DNA from: an uncultured Acidobacteriota bacterium
GTDB lineage: Bacteria; Acidobacteriota; UBA6911
Assembly: GCA_963843575.1 (NCBI GenBank)
Contig: CAWJKZ010000014.1
Location: 480,001-544,000, forward strand
Direction of reading: 5' to 3'
Length of the DNA stretch: 64,000 bases
Shown: one piece after another, positions 38,284 to 48,470 of the stretch
Position numbering within the stretch: the stretch's first letter is position 1
Layout of the letters: every line of letters starts with the position of its first letter
Notes under the pieces: model-generated
Told to the model about the DNA's origin: nothing
Databases searched by the model: none
The model's input: the letters and a program-made list of their open reading frames with translations, nothing else
Program-made: the position numbers and the translations under genes

Positions 38284-38823
38284 ATGGAGCACACGTTAGT
38301 CCTCAATGCCACGTATGAACCGATCAACATAATCTCCTGGAAGCGCGCCGTCACGCTATTGTGCCAGGGCAAAGTCGAGGTTCTGGCCGAGTACGATCAC
38401 GAGGTGCGCAGCATAAGCTTCAGCATCCGGATGCCGAGCGTGTTGCGCCTTCTCAAGTACGTGAAAATCCGGAGGCGTTTTCAGCACGTCAAGTTTTGCC
38501 GCGCGAATATCTACGCGCGAGATCATCATACGTGCCAGTACTGCGGCAGCAGATGCGCCACCGAGGACCTCACCTTCGACCACGTCACCCCGATTTCAAA
38601 GGGGGGCGGCAAGACCTGGGACAACATCGTCACGTGCTGCTTCGACTGCAACCACCGCAAGGGCGGCCGGACCCCCGAGGAAGCCGGCATGCGGCTAATC
38701 AGGGTGCCCAAGGAACCCGAGTGGGTCCCGAGCATGCTGCACCTGACCATCGGGTTCAGAAGCGCCCCGGAATCCTGGCGCGACTACTTCTACTGGAACG
38801 TGGAGCTCGAAGGGGATTCCTGA
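38284..38823 (+). CDS. HNH endonuclease (McrA-like)
   Basis: LVLNATYEP, PSVLRL, RD..TCQYCG, TFDHV.P.SKGG..TWDN.V.CC..CN.RKG.RTP.EAGM. Confidence 0.92.
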   Translation: MEHTLVLNATYEPINIISWKRAVTLLCQGKVEVLAEYDHEVRSISFSIRMPSVLRLLKYVKIRRRFQHVKFCRANIYARDHHTCQYCGSRCATEDLTFDHVTPISKGGGKTWDNIVTCCFDCNHRKGGRTPEEAGMRLIRVPKEPEWVPSMLHLTIGFRSAPESWRDYFYWNVELEGDS

Positions 38824-38831
38824 CGCGGCGG

Positions 38832-39653
38832 TCATAGGGTGATTGCACCTGCGCGGTCGGAGACGGGCAGGAAGCGCACGGGGAGCGTCCCGGGGATCAG
38901 TCCCCGCGCGTGCGCGAGCCGGTAGAAGCGGTCCAATCCTTCGAGGTGTTCGCGGTCGAGGCGGTAGTCGATGTTTTCGCGCAGGTATTCCAGCAAGAAT
39001 GCCTTGGGAAGCCCCAGCTTCCCGGCGTAGACGTCGGCAACCTCATCCCGTCGCTCCAGCCCCCAATCTCTGGCTTCCTGAAAGACCGAAGCCAGATCCT
39101 TGGGCAAGCTGGGGTCTCCGACACAGGCCCAGATCGCAAATACGAAGGGTTTGCCCTGCCACGCTATCCAAGCCCCCGCCAAGTCGACAATCTCGCAGCG
39201 ATCAGGAGAGAGCTTCAGGGCTGCGTCCCCGATCAGGAGGGCGGCGTCGTGGTGGCGCAGCATCGCTTCCGGGTCGGGAGCATGGGGAACAAACACGGGA
39301 TTCAGACCAAGACGTTCTCCCAGCAGGAGTTTCAACAGAACGACCGAGGTCCTCGAGCTGTTGTCGAGCGCGACGGACCGTATCGGCCGGTCGCGGTGGC
39401 GGATCATGACCACCGATCGCACCCTGCTCGAAGCGGCCACGGCGACGCCCGGGACCACCCTGAGATTCGGGATGCGCTGGTACTCGATCGACGGCAGGAT
39501 CCCCGCGTGGACCTCACCCCGGGCAAGCTGGTCCGCGCAGTGCGCCGGGGTTGCGGGGACAACCTCGAACTCCCGCCGGCGCGGGCCGTGCAAAAAAAAC
39601 CAGCCGAGGGGGGCGGAATTCAGATAGTCCACAAGCGCGACGCGGATTCTCAC
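38832..39653 (-). CDS. mqnA: chorismate dehydratase (futalosine menaquinone pathway)
   Basis: V.YLNSAPL, V.SV, SSRTSV.L, DAALLIGDAAL, DL...W....GKPFVFAIW; GTG start with GAGGAA SD. Confidence 0.88.
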   Translation of the reverse strand: MRIRVALVDYLNSAPLGWFFLHGPRRREFEVVPATPAHCADQLARGEVHAGILPSIEYQRIPNLRVVPGVAVAASSRVRSVVMIRHRDRPIRSVALDNSSRTSVVLLKLLLGERLGLNPVFVPHAPDPEAMLRHHDAALLIGDAALKLSPDRCEIVDLAGAWIAWQGKPFVFAIWACVGDPSLPKDLASVFQEARDWGLERRDEVADVYAGKLGLPKAFLLEYLRENIDYRLDREHLEGLDRFYRLAHARGLIPGTLPVRFLPVSDRAGAITL

Positions 39654-39828
39654 CAGTCGATTCCTCATCCAAATGGCTGAAATATCGAGGGCCAAAGCGA
39701 AACAAATAGCCCGAGGGATTATAGAGAGCCGGTTGCCGAATTGGAACGGTCTTTCCTTGCAGCTGCAACGACGCGGCGCTGTTTGCATCAGGACGATTTC
39801 GGAGACGAACCCGGGCAGGCGGGACGGC

Positions 39829-40968
39829 ATGGCCGACTGCGATGATGTTCTGCTGAAGCACGCCATTGAACTGACGCTCGTGCCGGGCCTGGGGAGCCTC
39901 ACCCAGGGGCGGTTGTCCCGGGCGTGCGGCGCGATCTCCGACGTCTTTTCCTGGACCGGCCGCGTCATGGAATCTCACGGGATCACTCCGGAGGCCTGCC
40001 ACGCGGTGTCGTCACGGCGCTACCGGGGCATGGCCGAGGAGATTTTCGACTGGGCCCGCCACGAGGGTTGCTCGCTTCTCCTGCTTGGCACGCCTGGGTA
40101 TCCGGCCCTCCTGGCGGAGATAGCGGACCCTCCGCTCATACTTTATGCCCGCGGCGAGCTGGAGACCGTCCACATGCCCTGCGTGGCGGTGGTCGGCACC
40201 CGAAAGCCGACCTGCTACGGTCTGCAGATGGCCGAGGGGATTGCGGGGGACTTGGCAGCACACGGTATCATCATCGTGAGTGGACTTGCCCGCGGGATTG
40301 ACGGAGCCGCCCACAGGGGTTGTCTCCAGGCACGCGGGAAGACCGTCGCCGTGCTCGGGTGCGGCATCGATGTCGTCTATCCGCGAGAACACGGGCGGCT
40401 CGCCGCTCAGGTAGCCGAACAGGGCGTGCTCCTGTCGGAGTTTCCCCCTGGCACCTCGCCGGCGCCCCAGAATTTCCCGGTGCGCAACCGCATCATCAGC
40501 GGCGTGTCGATAGGCACCGTGATCGTCGAAGCCAGCGAGTACAGCGGGTCGCTGATCACGGCGCGGCTGGCCATGGAACAGAATCGGGACGTATTCGCGG
40601 TGCCCGGCAACATCACCTCGCCGCAGAGTTTCGGACCCAATTTTCTGATCAAGCAGGGGGCGAAGCTGGTTCAGTCGTGGCGGGACGTCGTCGAGGAGCT
40701 TCCGGCGGAGCTTCGGGCGGCGATCCTCGCGAAAGAGCAGTCCGGTCAAGACAGGCGGACGGAGGAGTTGGACCTTTTGACCGATGAGGAAACGCGAGTC
40801 CTGGACCTGCTCGAACCGGATCGTGCGATCGAGTTTGATAAACTCTTCCGCAAAAGCGGGGTCGCCATCCCGCGGTTGAGCGACCTTTTGCTCAACCTGG
40901 AGATGCGCGGCAAGGTGAGGCAGATGCCCGGCAGCCTTTATCTTAAAGTGGCTAAACCGCTTAAATGA
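39829..40968 (+). CDS. dprA: DNA-processing protein DprA
   Basis: YP.LL.EI.DPP, AVVGTRK, VSGLARGIDGAAH, LSEFP, FPVRNRIISG, VEA...SGSLITA. Confidence 0.95.
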   Translation: MADCDDVLLKHAIELTLVPGLGSLTQGRLSRACGAISDVFSWTGRVMESHGITPEACHAVSSRRYRGMAEEIFDWARHEGCSLLLLGTPGYPALLAEIADPPLILYARGELETVHMPCVAVVGTRKPTCYGLQMAEGIAGDLAAHGIIIVSGLARGIDGAAHRGCLQARGKTVAVLGCGIDVVYPREHGRLAAQVAEQGVLLSEFPPGTSPAPQNFPVRNRIISGVSIGTVIVEASEYSGSLITARLAMEQNRDVFAVPGNITSPQSFGPNFLIKQGAKLVQSWRDVVEELPAELRAAILAKEQSGQDRRTEELDLLTDEETRVLDLLEPDRAIEFDKLFRKSGVAIPRLSDLLLNLEMRGKVRQMPGSLYLKVAKPLK

Positions 40969-40993
40969 TTTGTCTTGGTTTTGTCAGAAAGCT

Positions 40994-41002
40994 TGGTATA
41001 GT
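40994..41002 (+). promoter_or_regulatory. extended -10 promoter for topA
   Basis: TGGTATAGT (TGn-TATAGT) ends 12 bp before ATG 41015; no SD visible. Confidence 0.45.
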
Positions 41003-41014
41003 GTGCGCCCTTCT

Positions 41015-43423
41015 ATGGCTAAGTCACTCGTAATTGTCGAATCACCCGCGAAAGCAAAAACGATCGGGAAGTATCTCGGCCGTAACTATGAGGTAAGGGC
41101 CTCGGTCGGTCACATCAAAGACCTCCCCAAAAACAGGCTTGCCGTCGACACCGAGAACGACTTCACCCCCGAGTACACCATTATCCCCGGCAAGGAGAAG
41201 ATCGTGCGCGAGCTTCGCGCCGCCGCGAAGGGGACGGAGGCCATCTATCTGGCCGCCGACCCTGACCGGGAGGGTGAGGCGATCTGCCAGCACCTGGAGG
41301 AGGAACTCCGGGGGAAAAACCGCAAGATCTACCGCGTGCTGTTTCATGAGATCACGAAGAACGCCATCCAGGAGGCATTCAAGAGGCCGGGACCGATCAA
41401 CACCCACAAGGTCGATGCCCAGCTCACCCGCAGGATCCTGGACCGACTCGTCGGCTACAAGATCAGCCCCCTGCTTTGGGACAAGGTCCGCCGTGGACTT
41501 TCGGCCGGCCGGGTTCAGACCGTCGCGCTCAGAATGATCGTCGAGCGCGAACAGGAAATCCGCGCTTTCCACCCCCAGGAGTACTGGAATCTCGTGGCTC
41601 AGCTGGCCGCCGGGGCGCCGCCGGAATTTGGGGCCAAGGCGCGCGCCCTGGGGGGCGAGAAGTGGAACGTCGCGGACGGCGAGACGGCAAACGCGGTGGT
41701 CGAAGAGCTGCACGACGCCGTCTTCGTGGTCGACCGCATCCATCGGCGTGAGAAGAAGCGCTACCCGGTACCCCCCTTCATCACCAGCAAGCTCCAGCAG
41801 GATGCCGCGCGCAAGCTGAACTTCCTCGTTCGCCGGACCATGATGCTCGCGCAACGCCTCTACGAAGGGATCGACATAGGCAGTGAAGGTTCGGTGGGGC
41901 TTATCACCTATATGCGCACCGACTCGACCCGGGTCTCGGAGACAGCCCTCCAGGAAGTGCGCGAGCTGATCCGCCGCCAGTACGGGGACCAGTATCTCCC
42001 GCATCATCCGATCTACTACAAGTCCAAGAAGACGGCCCAGGAGGCGCACGAGGCCATACGACCGACGTCCGTCGAGCGTACACCCGACAGCGTCAAGGAG
42101 TTCCTTGAACCCGACCTGCTGCGGCTCTACACCCTGATCTACAACAGGTTCGTCGCCTCGCAGATGAACCCGGCAGTCTTCGACCAGACCGACGTCCACA
42201 TCAAGGCCGGTCGCGTCGAGTTCAAGGCCACCGGGTCGGTGGTCAAGTTCAACGGTTTCCTCAGCGTCTACGAGGAGGCCCGGGCCGAGGACGCGCCCGC
42301 AACCGACCAGGTGGAGCAGGAAGCCGTCCTGCCGGCGCTCGCCGAGCGGGAGATCCTCCAGCTGCGCTCCCTGTCCCCCAGCCAGCACTTCACCCAGCCG
42401 CCGCCGCGCTACAACGAAGCCAGCCTGGTCAAGGCGCTCGAGGCCAGGGGCATCGGCCGCCCGAGCACCTACGCAAGCATCCTGAGCACTATCCAGGATC
42501 GCGAATACGCGGTGAAACAGGAGGGGAAGTTCCGGCCGACAGAAACCGGCGAGGTGGTGGTCGAGTTGCTCGTCGAAAGCTTCCGGGAACTGTTCGACTA
42601 CGAGTACACCGCCCGAATGGAGGACCACCTCGACCGGATCGAGTCCGGACGCGAGAAGTGGACCCAGTCGATGAAGTCGTTCTACGAGCTCCTGTCGAGC
42701 CGGCTGAAAGTCGCGGAAAAGGAGATGCGCGACGTCAAGGGCGAGGAAATCCCCACCGAGGAAATCTGCGATAAGTGTGGCAGCAAAATGGTGATCAAGT
42801 GGGGGCGCTTCGGCCGGTTCATGGCCTGCTCGGGCTATCCGAACTGCAAAAACACACGCGAGATCCCGAAGGTCTGCAGCCTCAACGGGGACGACACGGA
42901 CGCAGACGCCCCCGAGGACACCCAGTGTGAAAAATGCGGCCGTCCCATGGTGCTCAAGCGGGGCCGCTTCGGTGAGTTCATGGCATGTTCGGGATACCCG
43001 GAATGCCGCAACACCAAAAAAATCGTAAAATCGATGAACTCGGTGACGGTCAAGAAAGACGTGCCCCTGGACGAGACATGCCCGGTGTGCGGCAAGAATC
43101 TCGCGATCAAACACGGCCGCTTCGGAGAATACACGGCTTGCAGCGACTACCCCGACTGCAAGTATATCAAGCTGAAAAGGACCGGAGTCCCCTGCCCGAA
43201 ATGCGGCGGCGACATCGTCGAACGGAAATCAAAACGGGGGAAAACCTTCTATGGCTGCGCCCGGTATCCGGAGTGCGACTTCGTGCTTTGGAGCAAACCC
43301 CTGGCTATACCCTGCCCCGACTGCAAGGCGCCCTTTACCCTGATCAAAACCACCAAGCGAACCGGTACCATCCGCTTCTGCCAGACCTGCAAATTCAAGG
43401 AAGCGCTGTCGGAAATCGCCTGA
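41015..43423 (+). CDS. topA: type I DNA topoisomerase
   Basis: LVIVESPAKAKTI, DPDREGE, SAGRVQ, ITYMRTDS, QEAHEAIRPT, GIGRPSTY; C-terminal C4 zinc ribbons. Confidence 0.97.
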   Translation: MAKSLVIVESPAKAKTIGKYLGRNYEVRASVGHIKDLPKNRLAVDTENDFTPEYTIIPGKEKIVRELRAAAKGTEAIYLAADPDREGEAICQHLEEELRGKNRKIYRVLFHEITKNAIQEAFKRPGPINTHKVDAQLTRRILDRLVGYKISPLLWDKVRRGLSAGRVQTVALRMIVEREQEIRAFHPQEYWNLVAQLAAGAPPEFGAKARALGGEKWNVADGETANAVVEELHDAVFVVDRIHRREKKRYPVPPFITSKLQQDAARKLNFLVRRTMMLAQRLYEGIDIGSEGSVGLITYMRTDSTRVSETALQEVRELIRRQYGDQYLPHHPIYYKSKKTAQEAHEAIRPTSVERTPDSVKEFLEPDLLRLYTLIYNRFVASQMNPAVFDQTDVHIKAGRVEFKATGSVVKFNGFLSVYEEARAEDAPATDQVEQEAVLPALAEREILQLRSLSPSQHFTQPPPRYNEASLVKALEARGIGRPSTYASILSTIQDREYAVKQEGKFRPTETGEVVVELLVESFRELFDYEYTARMEDHLDRIESGREKWTQSMKSFYELLSSRLKVAEKEMRDVKGEEIPTEEICDKCGSKMVIKWGRFGRFMACSGYPNCKNTREIPKVCSLNGDDTDADAPEDTQCEKCGRPMVLKRGRFGEFMACSGYPECRNTKKIVKSMNSVTVKKDVPLDETCPVCGKNLAIKHGRFGEYTACSDYPDCKYIKLKRTGVPCPKCGGDIVERKSKRGKTFYGCARYPECDFVLWSKPLAIPCPDCKAPFTLIKTTKRTGTIRFCQTCKFKEALSEIA

Positions 43424-43468
43424 TCCCATCCACGACAGGCTCGGGAGCGCGATTGCCGGGCAAAGCGA

Positions 43469-44380
43469 CTACTCCCGCAGACGCTGCTCGAGCATCGGGA
43501 GAAACGTCAGGACGAGTCTTCCCGTCTTGTCCAGGCTGTCCACGCTCACCTTGTCCAGCGTGTCCTGCTCCGTGTGGTGAAAGGAATTGCCCGGGCCATA
43601 ATTGAGGTCGATGATGTCGACGCTGGGGATGCCGACGTCGAGAAAGGGCAGATGGTCGTCCTCGACGGCACCCTGATACCGCGAGAGTATGCCGCCCAGG
43701 CCCGCTTTCCCGGCAGCCTCCCAAACCAGCTCCATGAGCCACCGGGTGGAATTGGTTTCCCTCATGATGTCGAGATCGCGGTCGCCTATCATGTCGAGCA
43801 GGACCAGGGCCTTGATTCTGCCGGCGGTTCCCTCCCGTTTCCACCGCTGCGCGAGGTGTCGGCTGCCATAAGTGCTGTCGAAGGTACTCCATTCGACGAA
43901 GGCTTCTTCGCCGTCGAGAAACACGAACCAGTAGTCGACCCCGCCGTCGTGCCCGAAGAGTACGCGCGCCAGTTCCAGCAGGAGCCCCGTGCTGCTGCCC
44001 CCGTCGTTGGCTGCCACGAAGTTCTTACCTTCCATGAGCTTGCCGTCGTAATGGCTTGCCAGAGCCACCACTTTTCTGCTGCCGCCGTCCTTTCCTTTCC
44101 GGGCAATCAGGTTGACCATGTGTTTTTTGCCGTAGGGGGTGTCGGTGTCGAAGGCATCCTGCTCGACCTGGTATCCGTACGACTGCAGCTCCCGTATGAG
44201 GTAGCGGCGGCACTGCTCCAGAGCGTCGGAACCCGGTGGCCGGGGACCGAAGGCGACCTGCGCCCTGACGTGCCGCATCGCCTTTTCGGCGCTGAAGTCC
44301 GCCATTTCGGCGCGCGGAGCCCCGGCGCAGGCTGCACTCAGGAAAAAGACCAGGATCAGCAACACGGTGCCGGTACGCAT
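43469..44380 (-). CDS. M28 family peptidase / glutaminyl cyclase-like lipoprotein
   Basis: Lipobox SAAC; GPRPPGS, ASHYD, ANDGGSS, LDGEE, LDMIG, DDHLPF, HHT..DT. Confidence 0.88.
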   Translation of the reverse strand: MRTGTVLLILVFFLSAACAGAPRAEMADFSAEKAMRHVRAQVAFGPRPPGSDALEQCRRYLIRELQSYGYQVEQDAFDTDTPYGKKHMVNLIARKGKDGGSRKVVALASHYDGKLMEGKNFVAANDGGSSTGLLLELARVLFGHDGGVDYWFVFLDGEEAFVEWSTFDSTYGSRHLAQRWKREGTAGRIKALVLLDMIGDRDLDIMRETNSTRWLMELVWEAAGKAGLGGILSRYQGAVEDDHLPFLDVGIPSVDIIDLNYGPGNSFHHTEQDTLDKVSVDSLDKTGRLVLTFLPMLEQRLRE

Positions 44381-44548
44381 GTAACCCCCGTTCGGTCGAT
44401 ACGATGGAGCGGAGTATAGTACGAAAACGCCTGGCGCACCTACCGCGTATCCCGTTGGGCCAAGTGGTTTGCGAGCGTCCGGCCGCTGTGGTAGTATCAC
44501 GGTTTTCTGACCTCATTCGCGCTTCGCACCGGGAAAGGAGTCCTTTTT

Positions 44549-46642
44549 ATGAGGGTCTATGAGAGTGACGCCATACGCAACCTCGGCGTCGTAGGACATG
44601 GCGCATCGGGAAAAACCTCTCTGACTTCGGCAATGCTATACACCTCCGGGGCCATCAACAGGCTCGCCAGGGTAGAAGACGGCAACACCGTCACGGACTG
44701 GGACGACGAGGAGATCGAGCGCAAGGTGAGCATCAGCGCTGCCCTCGCCTACTGCGAGTGGAACCGGACGAAGATCAATATCCTCGACACCCCTGGGTAC
44801 AGGCCGTTTCTTGCCGAGACGGAGCTGGCGCTCCGGGCCACGGACGCGGCGCTGGTTGTCGTCGACGCCGTCGCCGGCGTCGAGGTCCAAACCGAGAAGG
44901 CGTGGGAATTCGCCGACCAGTTCAACCTGCCCCGCCTCGTCGTGGTCAACAAGATGGACCGCGACAACGCGAGTTTCGATCGGGCCGTCGGCTCCCTGGA
45001 GGAAGCCTTTGGCCGCTCGGTGATCCCGGTTCAGATCCCCATCGGAGCGGAGCGCGAGCTTTCGGGTCTGGTCAACATGCTGACGAACAAGGCCTACCGC
45101 TACGAGCGCGACGGGTCGGGCAAGTTTCAGGAAATCGAGATCCCCGCCGATCTCCGGGAGGAGGTGGCCGGCCGCCGCGAGAAACTGATCGAGATGGTTG
45201 CCGAGGCGAGCGACGAACTGATGGAGAAGTTTTTCGCCGAAGGAACCCTCACGACCGAAGACCTGGTCGAGGGTCTCAAGACGAGCATTTTCCGGCGCAG
45301 CATAGTGCCCGTGCTGTGCGCGAGCGCGTCGCTGAACGTGGGCGTGGCCCAACTGCTCGATACGATCGTCGATCTTTTACCCTCGCCGGCGCGCGTCGGC
45401 AAGGTGCAAGGGATAGACCCGAAGACCAAGGAGACCGTCGAGCGCAAGATCAGCAACGACCAGCCTTATGCCGCTTACGTATTCAAGACGGTCGCCGACC
45501 CGTTTGCCGGCCGCATCAGCCTCATCCGGCTCTACTCGGGCGTGATGAGGTCCGACACCGTCTACCAGAACATCACCAAGGGCAAGACCGAGAAGTTCGG
45601 CCCCGTGCAGGTCGCCCAGGGCAAGTCGATGACTCCGGTGGGAGAGGTGCACGCCGGTGATTTCTTCGCCCTGACCAAATTGCGCGAGACCACGACGGGC
45701 GACACGTTCAGCGACAGCGCGCACCCCATCCAGTTCACCGGCGTGCAGGTGCCGGAGCCTTCGATCACCTTCGCGATCGAGCCCAAGAGCCGCGGCGACG
45801 AGGACAAGATCAGCAACGCCCTGGCCCGCATCGCCGAGGAAGACGCCGCCATCAAGTACACCCGCGACGCCCAGACCAAGCAGCTCCTGCTCTCCGGCTC
45901 CGGGCAGCTGCACGTCGAGGTCACGGTGGCGAAGCTGCGTAGGCGGTACGGCGTCGAGGTCGTCCTGAAAACACCCAAGGTCCCGTACCGCGAGACTATC
46001 AAGGGGCGCGCCGACGTGCAGGGGCGCTACAAAAAGCAGACGGGCGGCCACGGCCAGTTCGGCGACTGCAAGATCAAGATGGAACCTCTGCCGCGCGGAG
46101 CGCAGTTCGAATTCGTCGACGAGATATTCGGCGGATCCATCCCGCGCAACTTCATCCCGGCGGTGGAGAAAGGGATCGTGGACGCCGCGGCCAAGGGGTT
46201 CCTCGCGGGCTATCCCGTGGTCGATTTCAGGGTGATCCTCTACGACGGAAGCTACCACCCGGTGGACTCGTCCGAGCTCGCCTTCAAGGTGGCCGGCAGC
46301 ATGGCTTTCAAGAAAGGCATGGAGGACGCCCGCCCGGTCCTGCTCGAGCCCATAATGAACGTCGAGATCTTCGCACCGCAGGAGTATGCGGGGGCGCTGA
46401 CGGGCGACCTGACCAGCCGCAGGGGCCGGCTGCAGGGAATGGACATGAAACGCGACACCCAGATCATCAAGGCGCAGGTCCCCATGTCGGAAATGGTCAG
46501 TTACGCCCCGGTCCTCACGTCGGTGACCGGCGGGCGAGGCACCTATCACATGGAGTTCTCGCACTACGACGAGGTCCCGGCCCACGTCGCCCAGAAGATC
46601 ATCGAAGAGGCCAGCAAGGATCGGAAGCAAGAGGAAGAATAG
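44549..46642 (+). CDS. elongation factor G paralog (EF-G2 type)
   Basis: 697 aa; GHGASGKTS, DTPGY, NKMD, VPYRETI, KKQTGGHGQF, DGSYH.VDSSE.AF, LLEPIM; not in an rpsL-rpsG-tuf operon. Confidence 0.92.
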   Translation: MRVYESDAIRNLGVVGHGASGKTSLTSAMLYTSGAINRLARVEDGNTVTDWDDEEIERKVSISAALAYCEWNRTKINILDTPGYRPFLAETELALRATDAALVVVDAVAGVEVQTEKAWEFADQFNLPRLVVVNKMDRDNASFDRAVGSLEEAFGRSVIPVQIPIGAERELSGLVNMLTNKAYRYERDGSGKFQEIEIPADLREEVAGRREKLIEMVAEASDELMEKFFAEGTLTTEDLVEGLKTSIFRRSIVPVLCASASLNVGVAQLLDTIVDLLPSPARVGKVQGIDPKTKETVERKISNDQPYAAYVFKTVADPFAGRISLIRLYSGVMRSDTVYQNITKGKTEKFGPVQVAQGKSMTPVGEVHAGDFFALTKLRETTTGDTFSDSAHPIQFTGVQVPEPSITFAIEPKSRGDEDKISNALARIAEEDAAIKYTRDAQTKQLLLSGSGQLHVEVTVAKLRRRYGVEVVLKTPKVPYRETIKGRADVQGRYKKQTGGHGQFGDCKIKMEPLPRGAQFEFVDEIFGGSIPRNFIPAVEKGIVDAAAKGFLAGYPVVDFRVILYDGSYHPVDSSELAFKVAGSMAFKKGMEDARPVLLEPIMNVEIFAPQEYAGALTGDLTSRRGRLQGMDMKRDTQIIKAQVPMSEMVSYAPVLTSVTGGRGTYHMEFSHYDEVPAHVAQKIIEEASKDRKQEEE

Positions 46643-46649
46643 CGCCGCC

Positions 46650-47444
46650 ATGCATCCCAAGATTCTGGACGTCGGACCCATCACGATCCACACGTACGGC
46701 CTGCTGCTTGCCGTCGCGTTTATCGCTGGCATCTGGCTGACGAGTCGCAATGCCCGCCGGCAGGGGGTCGATCCCGATGCGATCTGGAACCTGGGGCTGA
46801 TCGTCATCTTTTCCGCCCTGGTCGGCGCCAAGCTCCTCCTGTTCCTGTCCGACTACACTTACTATTCCCAGAATCCGCGGGAGATCTTCGCACTCTCGAC
46901 GCTGCGTTCGAGCGGTGTGTATTACGGCGGGTTGCTGCTCGCCCTGGCGGCGTCGGCCTGGTATCTGCGGGCCAGGCATCTGCCACCCTGGACGGTAGCC
47001 GACCTGGCGGCACCCGGGATTGCGCTCGGCCAGGCCATCGGCCGGCTGGGATGCCTGTCGGCAGGCTGCTGCTTCGGCAAACCGACGCAGCTCCCCTGGG
47101 GCATCACCTTCACTGACCGCTACTCCTACGACAACGTCGGGGTACCTCTGAACACGCCGCTGCACCCGACTCAGTTGTACGAGGCTGCGGGGAGCCTGGC
47201 CCTGTCCCTCTTCCTGCTGTGGAGGCTCTCGCGCAAACACGTCACCGGGCAGATCATCCTCGAGTATCTCGTTCTGTATGCGCTGCTGAGGTTCGTGGTC
47301 GAGTTTTTCCGCGACGACGAGAGGGGATTCGTGCTTCGCGGCCTCCTGTCAACCTCGCAGCTGATCGCCGTATTGACGGTGCTCGTCTCCGCGGGCGTTC
47401 TTTACTACCTGCGGAACCGGCGTCAGGAGGTTGCGGAGATTTGA
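46650..47444 (+). CDS. lgt: prolipoprotein diacylglyceryl transferase
   Basis: IHTYG, YYGG, GQAIGRLGC, HPTQLYE, RFVVEFFR. Confidence 0.92.
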   Translation: MHPKILDVGPITIHTYGLLLAVAFIAGIWLTSRNARRQGVDPDAIWNLGLIVIFSALVGAKLLLFLSDYTYYSQNPREIFALSTLRSSGVYYGGLLLALAASAWYLRARHLPPWTVADLAAPGIALGQAIGRLGCLSAGCCFGKPTQLPWGITFTDRYSYDNVGVPLNTPLHPTQLYEAAGSLALSLFLLWRLSRKHVTGQIILEYLVLYALLRFVVEFFRDDERGFVLRGLLSTSQLIAVLTVLVSAGVLYYLRNRRQEVAEI

Positions 47445-48388
47445 ACGGCACAAGCGCTCGCTGGACCGTTCCGCCGTCCGCTCCCAAGATGCGCCTGGAC
47501 CAGTACCTCACCCTCGAATTGCCCGGCCAGAGCCGATCGCACATCCAGGGCTGGATCCGTGCCGGCCAGGTCCGCGTCAACGCAATGCGCGAGAAATCCG
47601 GGTATCTCGTCCGTCCCGGCGACACGATCACGCTGGAAGCGGCGGCTGCGCCTGGCCCGGAGGCGCCCATGCCCGAAGACCTGCCCCTCGTGGTGCTCTA
47701 CCAGGACGATTTTATCGCCGTGGTCGACAAACCCGCCGGAATGGCTTGCCACGCGGGCGCCGGCGTGCGCTCCGGGACCCTGGTCAACGCCCTGCTCCAC
47801 CGCCTCGGGCCTGTCGAGACCGGCGACCCCGCGCGGCCGGGGATCGTGCACCGGATCGACAAGCCGACAAGCGGCCTTCTCGTGGTCGCGCGCGACCCCG
47901 CGAGCCACCGGGGGCTCGCTCGGCAGTTCAAGGAACGCCAAGTCCGCAAGGAATACCTCGCGCTCGTTCACGGCACGCCGTCCCCGGCATCCGGGACGGT
48001 AGACAAGGCCTTGGGCCGGGACCCGACGGACCGGAAAAAGATCTCCACCCGTGCACGGCGCACCCGGAGCGCAACCACACACTACCAGGTCCTCGAAACC
48101 TATGGCCCCTTGTCACTGGTGAGCCTACGGATCGAGACGGGCAGAACGCACCAGATCCGCGTTCACATGGCGAGCCTGGGGCATCCTGTCTTGGGCGATC
48201 TCCTCTACGGACGAGGCCGCGACCGGAACCTGCCGGCACTACTCCGTGGCCTCGTCGATCTGCCCGGCAGGATTTTTCTGCACGCGCACCGCCTGGCATT
48301 TCACCACCCGCGCACGGGCGAACCCCTCAGCTTCGTCGCCCCTCTCCCGCCCGAACTGGAGGAAGTGTTGCGCCGGCTGCGCCCGTGA
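47441..48388 (+). CDS. rluD: RluA family pseudouridine synthase with S4 domain (RluD-like)
   Basis: RLDQYL...SRS.IQ S4 domain; DKPAGM, GTLVNAL, RPGIVHRIDKPTSG, ETGRTHQIRVH, LHA..L.F.HP. Confidence 0.88.
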   Translation: MNGTSARWTVPPSAPKMRLDQYLTLELPGQSRSHIQGWIRAGQVRVNAMREKSGYLVRPGDTITLEAAAAPGPEAPMPEDLPLVVLYQDDFIAVVDKPAGMACHAGAGVRSGTLVNALLHRLGPVETGDPARPGIVHRIDKPTSGLLVVARDPASHRGLARQFKERQVRKEYLALVHGTPSPASGTVDKALGRDPTDRKKISTRARRTRSATTHYQVLETYGPLSLVSLRIETGRTHQIRVHMASLGHPVLGDLLYGRGRDRNLPALLRGLVDLPGRIFLHAHRLAFHHPRTGEPLSFVAPLPPELEEVLRRLRP

Positions 48389-48470
48389 GTACGGGGCACG
48401 CCTTGACTGGGTTTCGCGCGGACACCTATAATTTCGCTGTTAACGCGCAACCGGAGACACAGGAAACAAA

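Noticed and set aside
38140-38823. IscB/HEARO-type RNA-guided system
   Set aside because: The HNH protein is 179 aa without PLMP or split RuvC motifs, and no IS200/605 ends are seen.
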